Assembly: GCA_963782905.1 (NCBI GenBank)
Contig: CAWALI010000006.1
Location: 33,268 to 97,267 of the forward strand
Origin: an uncultured Actinomycetota bacterium
Lineage (GTDB): Bacteria > Actinomycetota > Actinomycetes > Propionibacteriales > Nocardioidaceae
Direction of reading: 5' to 3'
Length of the DNA: 64,000 bases
Part shown: in pieces, positions 18,902 through 28,289 of the stretch
Position numbering within the stretch: the stretch's first letter is position 1
Layout: every line of letters begins with the position of its first letter
The notes under the pieces: generated by a model
Databases searched by the model: none
What the model saw: the letters and a program-made list of their open reading frames with translations, nothing else
What the model was told of the DNA's origin: nothing
Position numbers and translations under genes: made by a program

Positions 18902-20599
18902 GTGACCTCTCTCGTCGAGCTCCGGGTCCTGGAGGGCCCCAACCTCTACTTCCCGCGCGCCGCCATCAAGCTGACCCTCGACGTCACGACGATCGCGGAG
19001 GCGTCGGAGGAGACGGCGCTGCGCTTCGCGCGCCGGATCGGGCTGCGCAGCACCCGGCCGGGCGCGCCGGGGAGCGGCTTTCGCCAGCGGTTCGCGATGC
19101 GGGCGGTGGAGCGGTTGGTGCGGGCGATCGCGGCGGAGTCGGGTACGACGCGGCTCGCGGTGCGGGTGCGCCCGACCAGCGACCCCGACCGCCTCGTCGT
19201 CGCCTATCCGTGGCGGCACCGGGGCCGGGCCGAGTCCCTGGGTCGGGCCGTGGCCGATGCCCTCGACGCGCTGCCGACCCCGGACCTCGAGGCCGCGGTC
19301 AGCGCGGCCGCGGCATCGGTGGCGGCCGCCGAGCCCGGTGACGGGCCGACGACGCTGACCCCGCGCGTCCCCGTCGTCGCGGTGACCGGCACCAACGGCA
19401 AGACCACCACGAGCCGGATGATCGCGCACATCGCACGGGCCCACGGGCTGCTCACCGGCTGGTCCAACACCGACGGCATCTACATCGACGGCGAGCTCGT
19501 CGAGGCGGGGGACTACTCCGGTCCCAGCGGCGCCGGCCGGGTGCTGGCCCACCCGCAGGTCCAGCTGGCCGTCACCGAGACCGCCCGGGGCGGGATCCTG
19601 CTCAAGGGCATCGGGCTGCGCCACAACGACGTGTCGGTGGTCACCAACGTCACCGCCGACCACCTCGGCCTCCAGGGGATCGACACCGTCGACCAGCTGG
19701 CCGAGGTGAAGTCCGTCGTCCCGCAGATCACCCGCAAGGACGGCTGGGCGGTCCTCAACGCCGACGACCCGCGGGTGCTGGCCATGCGCGCGGTCACGAA
19801 GGCGAAGCCGTGGATCTTCTCCCGCGACCCCGACTCCCCGGCGATCCGCGAGGTCGTCGGCCACGGCGGCCGGGCGACCACCGTCATCGACGGCTGGGTC
19901 ACGGTCCTGCGTCCCGGGGCGGATCCCGAGCCGCTGGTCGAGCTGGTCGACGTACCCATGACGCTCGCCGGGCTCTCGCGCTTCAACGTGGAGAACACCC
20001 TCGCTGCCACCTCGGCGGCCCTGGCGGTCGGCCTGCCCGCATCGGCGGTGGTCGAGGGGCTGCGGTCGTTCCTGCCCGACGCCGAGCACAACCCCGGGCG
20101 GATGAACTTCTTCACCCTGCCCGTCGACGGCGACGGCCTCTCGGTGGTCATGGACCTCGCCCACAACGAGGCCGGGCTGGAGGCCCTGCTGGAGATCATG
20201 GGCGGCGTACGACGCCCCGGCGCCCGGCTCCTCCTCGGCCTCGGCGCGGTGGGGGACCGGACCGACGAGCTCATCGACACCCTGGGTGAGATCGGCGCCA
20301 AGGGCAGCGACGTGGTGGCGATCGGCCACAAGGAGCACTACCTCCGCGGTCGCACGATTGACGAGATCGACACCCTGCTGCGCGCCGGAGCCGCTCGCGT
20401 CGGGGTCGAGGACATCGAGACCCACGACACCGAGGTCGCCTGCCTGGCCGCGCTGGTGGCGCAGGCACGACCCGGCGACGTCGTCGGGCTCATGTGCCAC
20501 GCCGAGCGCCAGGAGGCCTACGACTGGATCGCGGCTCACGGCGGTACGCCGGACTCGCCCGAGGTCCTGGCCGCGAAGGTGCGCGCAGCGTCGGTGTGA
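18902..20599 (+). CDS. Cyanophycin-synthetase-like protein with CphA N-domain and Mur-ligase (M) domain but no ATP-grasp domain
   Basis: N-term ELRVLEGPNLYFPRAAIKL resembles the CphA N domain; VAVTGTNGKTTTSRMIAHI is the Mur-ligase P-loop. Paralogous to the 923-aa cphA at 23147..25918 but only 565 aa. Confidence 0.65.
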   Translation: MTSLVELRVLEGPNLYFPRAAIKLTLDVTTIAEASEETALRFARRIGLRSTRPGAPGSGFRQRFAMRAVERLVRAIAAESGTTRLAVRVRPTSDPDRLVVAYPWRHRGRAESLGRAVADALDALPTPDLEAAVSAAAASVAAAEPGDGPTTLTPRVPVVAVTGTNGKTTTSRMIAHIARAHGLLTGWSNTDGIYIDGELVEAGDYSGPSGAGRVLAHPQVQLAVTETARGGILLKGIGLRHNDVSVVTNVTADHLGLQGIDTVDQLAEVKSVVPQITRKDGWAVLNADDPRVLAMRAVTKAKPWIFSRDPDSPAIREVVGHGGRATTVIDGWVTVLRPGADPEPLVELVDVPMTLAGLSRFNVENTLAATSAALAVGLPASAVVEGLRSFLPDAEHNPGRMNFFTLPVDGDGLSVVMDLAHNEAGLEALLEIMGGVRRPGARLLLGLGAVGDRTDELIDTLGEIGAKGSDVVAIGHKEHYLRGRTIDEIDTLLRAGAARVGVEDIETHDTEVACLAALVAQARPGDVVGLMCHAERQEAYDWIAAHGGTPDSPEVLAAKVRAASV

Positions 20600-20607
20600 G
20601 CGGGAGG

Positions 20608-20732
20608 GGCCCGGCGGTCCCGTCGCGGGGGCTGCCCGGCGCGTCCCATGGCGGGAGCGGCCCGGCGCGTCCGTCGCGGAAGTGCCGGGCGTGTCCCGTC
20701 GCGGGACGTGCCCGGCGCGTCCCATGGCGGAG
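20608..20732. repeat. Degenerate tandem repeat, about 5 copies of a ~25-bp GC-rich unit (GCCCGGCGCGTCCCATGGCGG-like)
   Basis: Read directly from the sequence; lies between the cphA-like gene and the HNH pseudogene. Confidence 0.6.
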
Positions 20733-20891
20733 CTGGGTAGCGGTGCAGAGCCGAGGCGCAACGTTGCGGGGCCGCTGGGTGACCGGGACCTGCCGGCGCG
20801 CACCAGCTCGGTGGCCCCTCGTCGGCGTGACTGATCAGGACGTGCCTGTGCCCCCGCCGGTGTCACCGAGGCGGGGTGCGGGGCGTGGTGG

Positions 20892-22396
20892 TCACTGGTC
20901 CGGCGGGTTAGCGCCCAGGTGGGCGCGGGCGGCGCGGGCGTCGGGCACCTCGATCAGGCTGGGGCCGTGCTGGCGCTCGCCGTCGTCGGGCCAGGCGCGT
21001 CCGGTGGCGGTGCTGCCGGTGTGGTCACGCCGGTAGGTGTGTCCCAGCGGGCTGGTCCAGAGGTAGACGCCCGGGCTGGTCATCTCGTAGCGCCATCGGC
21101 CGTGGGTCTTGAGCCGGTGGTGCAGCCGACACAACGCGGCAAGGTTGTCGGTCGAGGTCGGGTCCGCCGTCCTCGGGGTGGTCGTGGTCGTAGGCGACGA
21201 TGTGGTCGAGGTCGCAGTGGCGGGCGTTGCGACCACACCACGGGAACACACACGTCCCGTCCCGGACGATCACGTGCTCACGGATCTTCTCGGTCGGCTT
21301 GTAGCCCTGGCACTCGAGGCGCTCACGCAGGTCGATGACCTGCTTCACCACCACCTGGGCGTCGGGGCGTCCGCACCAGGCCCGGATCTGCTCCACCGAC
21401 AGCACCCGCTGGCCGGCCTGCTCGACCCGCGCACACAGCGCCTCGCCGGTGGGGTTGTCGAACTCGGTGATGGCGTCGGCGGACAGGTGGGCGTAGAGCA
21501 CCACCTGGGTCACCGGAGCCACCGCAGCGACCGGAGCGCCGGCAGCGCCGGACGGTGTCGAGACGGGCCCCTGCGGGCCCTGCGCAACCGGCGAGGAGCC
21601 GGCCGGGTTGGCGGCACCGTCGGCCACTTGGGACGTCGTCGTCGTCGAAGCCGATGGTGAGCTGGTGCCGGGCGAGGTCCCCCAGGGCGGTGGCCCGGCG
21701 GCCGTCGACGGTGTCGGTGGAGCCGAGCCGGGCGAGGTGCTCGGCACCCGACGTGACCGCCGCGGCCAGGGCGAGGGCGTCGGGGATCTCCAGGCTCGCC
21801 TCGAGGCCCATGGTGCCGTCGTAGGAGGCCTGCTGGGTGTCGAAGGTGACGTGCCGCTTGTCCGCGGACTTCTCCAGCGCGTCGGCCACGGCCTCGGGCA
21901 TGAACCGGACCCGGGCCTCCTGCACCAGCCGGTCCAACGCCGACGGCGTCAGCTTGGAGGCGCACCAGAACACCTGCTCGTCCACGTACGACGCGGCCTG
22001 CAGGGACAGGTCGATGGTGGTGTCCGCGATCAGCCGGGCCCGCCACCCCGCCACCAGGCCGGCCTGGACGGCACCCCACAGCTGCGGGAGGCGGTAGGCG
22101 ACCTCGACGCACTCGGTGAGGAACCGGCCCGCACTGTCGTTGGTGCGTCCCAGCATGGTCGCGAACTCGGGCACGCAGAACTCGTCGATCATCGGTGACC
22201 CCTCGCCGGCGAACGTCTTGGGTGAGGTGAAGCAGGCTTCCGCGAACTCGGGGTCCGCGAGGTGCAGGTCGGCCCAGTGCACCCCGAGGCGCATCATCTC
22301 GACGTCGGCCCGATCGGCCGCCTTCTTCTGATCCCGCACCGCACGCAGCAGCGCGGCCGGGGTCTCCGGCAGCGCGGGTGCGGTGGTCTTGGCCAT
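20892..22396 (-). pseudogene. DUF222 + HNH endonuclease (REP13E12-family) gene, split over three frames by at least 2 frameshifts
   Basis: N-terminal part (ORF 21323..22396) interpreted as DUF222. HNH core GTCVFPWCGRNARHCDLDHIVAYD is in ORF 21025..21747, and the C-terminus LCRLHHRLKTHGRW is in ORF 20892..21251. Confidence 0.7.
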
Positions 22397-22509
22397 GACC
22401 CCATTCCAGCAGGGACCACCGACATCGCAGCCTCAGAATCGACGGTTCCGACCGGCATGTGGACACCACTTTCGACGGGTTTCCCGAGCGGTCGGGCCGG
22501 GCTTCGAGA

Positions 22510-22775
22510 CGTGCCTGACGGCCCTCCTCCACCGGCGGTGACCGACGCGGGGACGTGGTGTCGAGACGGCGCTGACGCGCCTTCCTCGATCGGCGGTGAC
22601 CGACGCGGCACGTGGTCCAGCGACGGCGCTGACGCGCTCTCCTCGATCGGCGGCGACCGACTCGACGCGTACTTCAGCGCCGGCGCTGACGCGCCTTCCT
22701 CCACCAGCGGCGACCGATGCCGCGCGTACTTCAGCGACGGCGCTGACGCGCCTCCTCGACCAGCGATCGAGCGGC
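22510..22775. repeat. Tandem repeat, about 4.6 copies of a 57-bp unit (GGCGCTGACGCGCCTTCCTCGATCGGCGGTGACCGACGCGGCACGTGGTCCAGCGAC)
   Basis: Read directly from the sequence; no convincing coding potential. Confidence 0.7.
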
Positions 22776-22779
22776 CCAG

Positions 22780-23146
22780 TCAGGTGTCGCCGGGGTCGAC
22801 CTGCTCGCCGGGGGCGCCGATGTCGAGGTCACCCTCGACGATCACGGCGGTCATGCCCCATGGGGGACCGGGTCTCGTGCAGCTCGCCGGGCTCCCAGAC
22901 CGCGGCGGAGCCGGCCGTGAGGCGGCGTACGGCACCCTCCGCGCCGGCGACCTCGGCCTCGCCCGAGAGGACGATGAGCAGCTGACGCCCACCGGCCGGG
23001 TGGCGACCGATGACGCCGCCGGGGACGAGGGAGACAGCCACGAGGTGGGCGTCCGCGCTGATGCCGAACGCGCCCACCGAGAAGCCGCGGCTCCCGTGCG
23101 CCTCGACCGGCCGGTGGGGCAGGTCGGTGAGCGAGAGGATCCGCAC
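22780..23146 (-). CDS. Cupin-domain protein immediately downstream of cphA; one frameshift near 22850
   Basis: MRILSLTDLP...GGVIGRHPAGGRQLLIVLSGEAEV...WEPGELHE, then continues in another frame as WGMTAVIVEGDLDIGA. Confidence 0.5.
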
Positions 23147-25918
23147 TCAGGACTCCGTCGGCGCGGTGTAGTCGGGGTCGGCGGCCGGGGTGTCCGACGA
23201 GGCGCCGGCACCGGCCTGGGCCTGGGAGGACCAGTTCTCCAGCTCGGTCATCACCTCGGCGTGCTTGTCCACGCAGACGACGACGAGGTCGCCCTTGTTG
23301 GCGCGGTTGAGCGCGTGGCGCACCGCGGAGATCTCGTCGAGCACCTCCTCGGCCTGCTTGCACCGGGAGCCCTCGGCCATGGCGTTGCGCACGCCCTCGA
23401 GGACCAGTCCGGCGACGTCACCGCGCTCGCGGCCGCGCAGGGCGACGTCCTCGCGCACGATGCAGACGTCGAAGTGCTGGGCGGCGATGTGGCCGAGCTC
23501 GCGCATGTCCTCGTCGCGACGGTCGCCGGCGGTGGCGATGATGCCGATCCGCGACGGCCGGGCCAGGTCGTGCGACGACTCCAGCGAGTCACCGACCCGG
23601 TCGACGAAGTCGCCCAGCATCTTCATGCCCGGCGCGTTGTGGCAGTAGTCGACGATGACGTTGACGCCGTTGACCTCGACCTCGTTGAGACGGCCGGGGG
23701 AGAGGTAGTAGTTCGTCGAGAAGCTGCGCAGGCCCTGCCGGATGTCGTGCAGGGGGGCACCGGCGGCGAACGCCGCGGCGGCCGCGGCCAGCGCGTTCTG
23801 GACGTTCATCCGGGCCTTGCCGCCGAAGGTCGCGGGCAGCAGGTGGGTCCAGGCCAGCTGCATCTCCCGGCGTCCGTGGCGTACGACGATCATCTCGCCG
23901 CGCTCGGACGGGTCGAGGACCAGCGCCTTGCCGCCCCGGCGGCAGTGCGCGTCGATCATGTCGCGGGCGTCCGAGCCCGGCTCCTCCATGGAGAACCACA
24001 CGACCTGGCCCGAGCACCGCCGGCGCATCTCGCGCACCAGCGGGTCGTCGGCGTTGAGGACCGCGTGGCCGTCGCGGGGGACGGCCTCGACGATGACCGC
24101 CTTGACATCGGCGAGCTGCTCGACGGTGTCGATGCCGCGCAGGCCGAGGTGGTCGGGCTGCACGTTGAGCACGACGGCCACGTCGTTGCGCTCGTAGCCG
24201 AGGCCCTCACGCAGGATGCCACCGCGGGCCACCTCGAAGACGGCCGTGTCGACGCGCGGGTTCTGCAGCACCATCCGGGCCGAGCGGGGACCGCTGGCGT
24301 CGGCGCGGATGACGAGTCGCTCGTCGATGACGACCCCGTCGGTGGAGGTCATGCCGACCTTGCGGCCCATCCCCTTGAAGATGTGGCTGATCATCCGGCT
24401 GGTGGTGGTCTTCCCGTTGGTGCCGGTGACGGCGATGATCGGGATCCGCGACGTGGCGCCGGGCGGGAAGAGCATGTCGACGACCGGCTTGGCGATGAAC
24501 TGCGGCTCGCCGATGGTCGGATGGGTGTGCATCCGGAAGCCGGGAGCGGCGTTGACCTCGCAGATCGCGCCGCCGGCCTCACGGACCGGCTCGGTGATGT
24601 CGGGGCAGATGAAGTCGATGCCGGCGATGTCGAGGCCGACCATCCGGGCGGCCTCCTCGGCGATCTCGACGTTCTCCGGGTGGGCCTCGAAGGTGCGGTC
24701 GATCGAGATGCCGCCCGTGGACATGTTGCCGGTGAGTGCGAGCCTGACCATCTCGCCCTCGGCCGGCACGGACTCCAGGGAGTGGCCCTGGCCGGCCAGC
24801 ACCTCGAGCGCCGCGGCGTCGACCTTGATCCGGGTGAGGACCTTCTCGTGGCCGACCCCGCGACGGGGGTCGGCGTTGGTCAGGTCGACGAGCTGCTCGA
24901 CGGTCGACGTGCCGTCACCGGTCACCGACGCGGGCACCCGCTCGGCGATCGCGACCATCCGCCCGTCGATGATCAGGCAGCGGTAGTCCTTGCCGGTCAC
25001 CATCGTCTCCACGATCACGACGCCGCGCCGCGACTGCTCGCGGGCGATCTGGAAGGCACCGCGGACGTCGTCCTCCGACCGCAGGTCCAGGCAGACACCG
25101 CGGCCGTGGTTGCCGTCGAGCGGCTTGACGACGACGGGGTAGCCGATGCGGCGGGCCGCAGCCACCGCGGCGTCGGCGGAGCGCACCGACTCCTGCTTGG
25201 GCACCGGCAGGCCTGCCGCGCCGAGGAGCTTGGTGGTGAGGTCCTTGTCGGAGGCGATGTCCACGGCGATCGAGCTGGTCTCGCTGGTCATCGTGGCCCG
25301 GATGCGCTTGGCGTGCACGCCCTGTCCGAGCTGGACCAGGGAGTACTGGTTGAGCCGGATCCACGGGATGTCGCGCGAGACGGCCTCGTCCACGATGGCC
25401 TGCGTCGAGGGACCGAAGGCGGTCCGCTCCGCACGGCGGATGAAGGCGTCGCGCTCGGTCTCCCAGTCGAAGTCCGGGTCGCCCTGGACGAGGTGGTTGA
25501 CGAGTCGTACGGCGAGCTTGCCGGCCTCGAGGCCGACCTGCTCGTCGATGTACCCGTAGATGATGTTGTAGTGGCCCTTGTGGCCCTTGACCGAGCGGGT
25601 CTTGCCGCGCCGGATGTCGTGCCCGACGACCTGCTGCAGCGACAGCGCGACGTGCTCGGCGACGTGGCCCAGCCAGGTGCCCTCCTGCAGCCGCTCGAGG
25701 AAGCCGCCGCGGCGACCTCGCGAGCAGGAGTGCTCCCGCAGCCCCGGCAGCATCGCGACCAGCTCGTCGGAGAAGCCGGGCAGGGTGTTGGTGGGGAACT
25801 CCTCCAGCGAGCCGAGGTCGACGACCAGGTGCACCGACTTGTCGTACGACCAGACGTTGGCCCCGCGGTAGACGCGGGTCTCGAGGATCGTGAGGTCGGG
25901 CGTGGGGCGCTCGCTCAT
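23147..25918 (-). CDS. cphA: Cyanophycin synthetase CphA (N domain + ATP-grasp + Mur-ligase domain), 923 aa, intact
   Basis: ATP-grasp region (KPLDGNHGRGV) and M domain (IIAVTGTNGKTTTSRMISHI); start codon overlaps the cphB stop. Confidence 0.9.
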   Translation of the reverse strand: MSERPTPDLTILETRVYRGANVWSYDKSVHLVVDLGSLEEFPTNTLPGFSDELVAMLPGLREHSCSRGRRGGFLERLQEGTWLGHVAEHVALSLQQVVGHDIRRGKTRSVKGHKGHYNIIYGYIDEQVGLEAGKLAVRLVNHLVQGDPDFDWETERDAFIRRAERTAFGPSTQAIVDEAVSRDIPWIRLNQYSLVQLGQGVHAKRIRATMTSETSSIAVDIASDKDLTTKLLGAAGLPVPKQESVRSADAAVAAARRIGYPVVVKPLDGNHGRGVCLDLRSEDDVRGAFQIAREQSRRGVVIVETMVTGKDYRCLIIDGRMVAIAERVPASVTGDGTSTVEQLVDLTNADPRRGVGHEKVLTRIKVDAAALEVLAGQGHSLESVPAEGEMVRLALTGNMSTGGISIDRTFEAHPENVEIAEEAARMVGLDIAGIDFICPDITEPVREAGGAICEVNAAPGFRMHTHPTIGEPQFIAKPVVDMLFPPGATSRIPIIAVTGTNGKTTTSRMISHIFKGMGRKVGMTSTDGVVIDERLVIRADASGPRSARMVLQNPRVDTAVFEVARGGILREGLGYERNDVAVVLNVQPDHLGLRGIDTVEQLADVKAVIVEAVPRDGHAVLNADDPLVREMRRRCSGQVVWFSMEEPGSDARDMIDAHCRRGGKALVLDPSERGEMIVVRHGRREMQLAWTHLLPATFGGKARMNVQNALAAAAAAFAAGAPLHDIRQGLRSFSTNYYLSPGRLNEVEVNGVNVIVDYCHNAPGMKMLGDFVDRVGDSLESSHDLARPSRIGIIATAGDRRDEDMRELGHIAAQHFDVCIVREDVALRGRERGDVAGLVLEGVRNAMAEGSRCKQAEEVLDEISAVRHALNRANKGDLVVVCVDKHAEVMTELENWSSQAQAGAGASSDTPAADPDYTAPTES

Positions 25919-26943
25919 GCAGGGTCTCCGTCCGGAGCAGGGGTGGGGGTGGGGGCAGCGACAGGGGGAGTCACGGGGGCGGTGGCCGGAGCGGTGGGCT
26001 CGGTCACCCGGCGGGCGCGGGCCAGCCGTCGGCGCAGGTTGGTGGGGGAGATGTCGCCGGCGGCGATGTCACGGGCGAGCTTGCGCAGGTCGCGGCCGGC
26101 CTCGGCGATCTCCTCCGCCTCGCTGTCGTCGATGACCGGCTCGCGGGGCACCAGCGCGCGCGCCGTCAGGTCGTACGCCGACCCGGCGGGCAGCACGTGG
26201 AGGGTCACGCCACTGGCCAGCAACGGCGCCGACTGACGGGCCTCGTGGGCGTTGGACACCATCCTGGCCGGGTCGAGGATCGTCACGGCGCCCCTGCCGG
26301 CGACGCGCAGCACCTCGTGGCCGTCGATGACGTCCACGATGGCGGCGGTGTCCTCGTCGACGCCGATGCCGAGCAGCTGCGGGCTCTGAGCCACGATCAT
26401 CAGCAGCCGGCCGTAGCGGTTGCGCTGGTCGAAGTGCTGGTCGATGACGGTCGAGCCGACGAGGCCGAGGCCGGCGGCGACCTGCGTCATCCGCTGCTTG
26501 GGCGTCGCGCCGCCCGACCCGAAGGCCACCATGTGCGAGGACTGGATGCTGGCGCCGGCCGACGTACCGGCGACCACGGCTCCCCGCTCGTGGGCGGCGA
26601 CGATCGCGTCGCCGAACGGCGTGCCGCAGACGACGCCGGACAGCTTGAGCTGGTTGCCACCGGTCATGAAGATCCCGGTGGCGTCGTCGATGGCCGCGAC
26701 CAGCGCGGCGTCGTGGGCGTCCTCGCGGCTCTCGGGACGGGCGGCGCGGACCTGCCCGGCGCCCAGCTTGGTGAAGAGCGCCTCGTAGACCTCGACGATC
26801 TCGGGGCCGAGCGAGGAGGCGGTCGGGATGACGACGATGCGGGCGTCGTGGCCGCCGCTGGCGACCACGAACTCCGTGAGGATGGTGCGCCTGCGCAGCT
26901 TGTCCTCGGCGCCGCCGATGATCATGAGGGGTCCTGAGGGCAT
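25915..26943 (-). CDS. cphB: Cyanophycinase CphB (peptidase S51)
   Basis: LMIIGGAEDK...GTSAGASI (Ser nucleophile)...VIDQHF; ATG start at 26941-26943. Confidence 0.85.
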   Translation of the reverse strand: MPSGPLMIIGGAEDKLRRRTILTEFVVASGGHDARIVVIPTASSLGPEIVEVYEALFTKLGAGQVRAARPESREDAHDAALVAAIDDATGIFMTGGNQLKLSGVVCGTPFGDAIVAAHERGAVVAGTSAGASIQSSHMVAFGSGGATPKQRMTQVAAGLGLVGSTVIDQHFDQRNRYGRLLMIVAQSPQLLGIGVDEDTAAIVDVIDGHEVLRVAGRGAVTILDPARMVSNAHEARQSAPLLASGVTLHVLPAGSAYDLTARALVPREPVIDDSEAEEIAEAGRDLRKLARDIAAGDISPTNLRRRLARARRVTEPTAPATAPVTPPVAAPTPTPAPDGDPA

Positions 26944-26970
26944 GACAGGCAGGCTATCGGCTGGGACAGT

Positions 26971-27528
26971 GTGCCCGTGCACGAGACGCCAGCCACCCAG
27001 ACGACGCCAGCCCGCAGGCTGGTGGTCATGCGCCACTCCAGGGCCGAGTCGTGGGGCGAGTCCGACCAGGGCCGCCCCCTCGAGCCGCGTGGGCGCGACG
27101 ACGCCGCGGCGGCCGGACGGTGGTTCGCGGCGCAGGGCTTCGTGCCCGACCACGCGCTGGTGTCGACCGCCAGCCGCACCCGGGAGACCTGGGAGGCGGT
27201 CGCGGCCGCCGCCGGCTGGGAGCTCGAGCCGGACTTCGACACCGGCCTCTACGCCGCCGGCCCCGAGGCCGCCCTCGACCTCATCCGCGAGGTGCCGGCA
27301 GGCGCCACCGACGTGATCGTCGTCGGCCACAACCCGACGATGGCCTACCTGGCCCAGCTGCTCGACGACGGCGGCGGAGACCCCGAGGCGGGTGCCGCGA
27401 TGGTCGGCGGCTTCCCGACGTCGGCCGTCACGGTCCTGGAGTACGACGGCGCCTGGGTCGACCTGGACATGGCCTCCGCCTCGGTGGTCGCCTTCCACGT
27501 CGGTCGGGCCGAGGTGAGTGGGGGCTGA
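26971..27528 (+). CDS. sixA: Histidine-phosphatase superfamily protein (SixA-like phosphohistidine phosphatase)
   Basis: RHSRAE catalytic motif, VVGHNP. Confidence 0.65.
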   Translation: MPVHETPATQTTPARRLVVMRHSRAESWGESDQGRPLEPRGRDDAAAAGRWFAAQGFVPDHALVSTASRTRETWEAVAAAAGWELEPDFDTGLYAAGPEAALDLIREVPAGATDVIVVGHNPTMAYLAQLLDDGGGDPEAGAAMVGGFPTSAVTVLEYDGAWVDLDMASASVVAFHVGRAEVSGG

Positions 27529-27536
27529 GCACCCGG

Positions 27537-28289
27537 GTGTCCCTCGTCGCCCGGCTGCGGGCCGCGGGCTGCGTCTTCGCCGAGGACGAGGCGCGTCTGC
27601 TCGTCGGCACCGGCCTGACCGGCGAGGCCCTGGAGCTCCTGGTGGCGCGCCGCCTCGCAGGCGAGCCGCTGGAGACGGTGCTGGGCTGGGTCGACTTCGC
27701 GGGCCGCCGCCTCAGCGTGGTGGCGGGCGTCTTCGTGCCGCGACGCCGCACCGAGCTGCTGGCCCGGGTCGCCGCGTCGTACGCCGGTCCCTCCAGCGTC
27801 CTGCTGGAGCTGTGCTGCGGCGTCGCCCCGGTGGCCGCCGTCGTGCCGGCGGGCGAGGTGCACGCCAGCGACGTGGACCCGGTCGCGCTCGACTGCGCAC
27901 GACGCAACGTCCCGCACGCCACCCTCCACCTCTCCGACCTGTACGCCGCCCTCCCGGACGCCCTGCGCGGGCGCGTCGACGTGCTCGTGGCCAACGCGCC
28001 GTACGTGCCGACGGAGCGGATCGCCCTGATGCCGCCCGAGGCCCGCGACCACGAGCCCGCGGTCGCGCTGGACGGCGGCGTCGACGGTGTCGACCTGCAC
28101 CGGCGGATCTCGGCGGGCGCGCCCGCGTGGCTGGCGCCCGGGGGAGTCCTGCTCGTCGAGACCAGTCCGGCCCAGGCGCCGCTCACCACGGCCGCGATGC
28201 GCGAGGCCGGGCTGAGCGCCGAGGTGCGCACCGACGACGAGATCGGCGGCTGCGTGGCGGTCGGGGTCAGACCGGGGGAGCCGGGGTGA
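27537..28289 (+). CDS. HemK/PrmC-like SAM-dependent (N5-glutamine-type) methyltransferase
   Basis: GTG start; NAPYVP substrate-binding motif and VLLELCCGVAPV SAM motif. Confidence 0.6.
   Translation: MSLVARLRAAGCVFAEDEARLLVGTGLTGEALELLVARRLAGEPLETVLGWVDFAGRRLSVVAGVFVPRRRTELLARVAASYAGPSSVLLELCCGVAPVAAVVPAGEVHASDVDPVALDCARRNVPHATLHLSDLYAALPDALRGRVDVLVANAPYVPTERIALMPPEARDHEPAVALDGGVDGVDLHRRISAGAPAWLAPGGVLLVETSPAQAPLTTAAMREAGLSAEVRTDDEIGGCVAVGVRPGEPG

Noticed and set aside
20608-20732. Possible CRISPR array suggested by short GC-rich repeats
   Set aside because: The repeats are directly tandem and degenerate, with no unique spacers of regular length, and no cas genes are nearby.
22262-26236. 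1324-aa plus-strand ORF overlapping cphA and cphB
   Set aside because: It is antisense to two genes with unmistakable CphA and CphB motifs. Its composition is low-complexity Gly/Ala/Arg/Asp. It is a GC-driven artefact.
27051-28289. 412-aa ORF fusing an Arg-rich N-terminus to the HemK-like methyltransferase
   Set aside because: The upstream 160 aa overlap sixA in another frame and are low-complexity. A GTG at 27537 just after the sixA stop gives a normal-sized methyltransferase.
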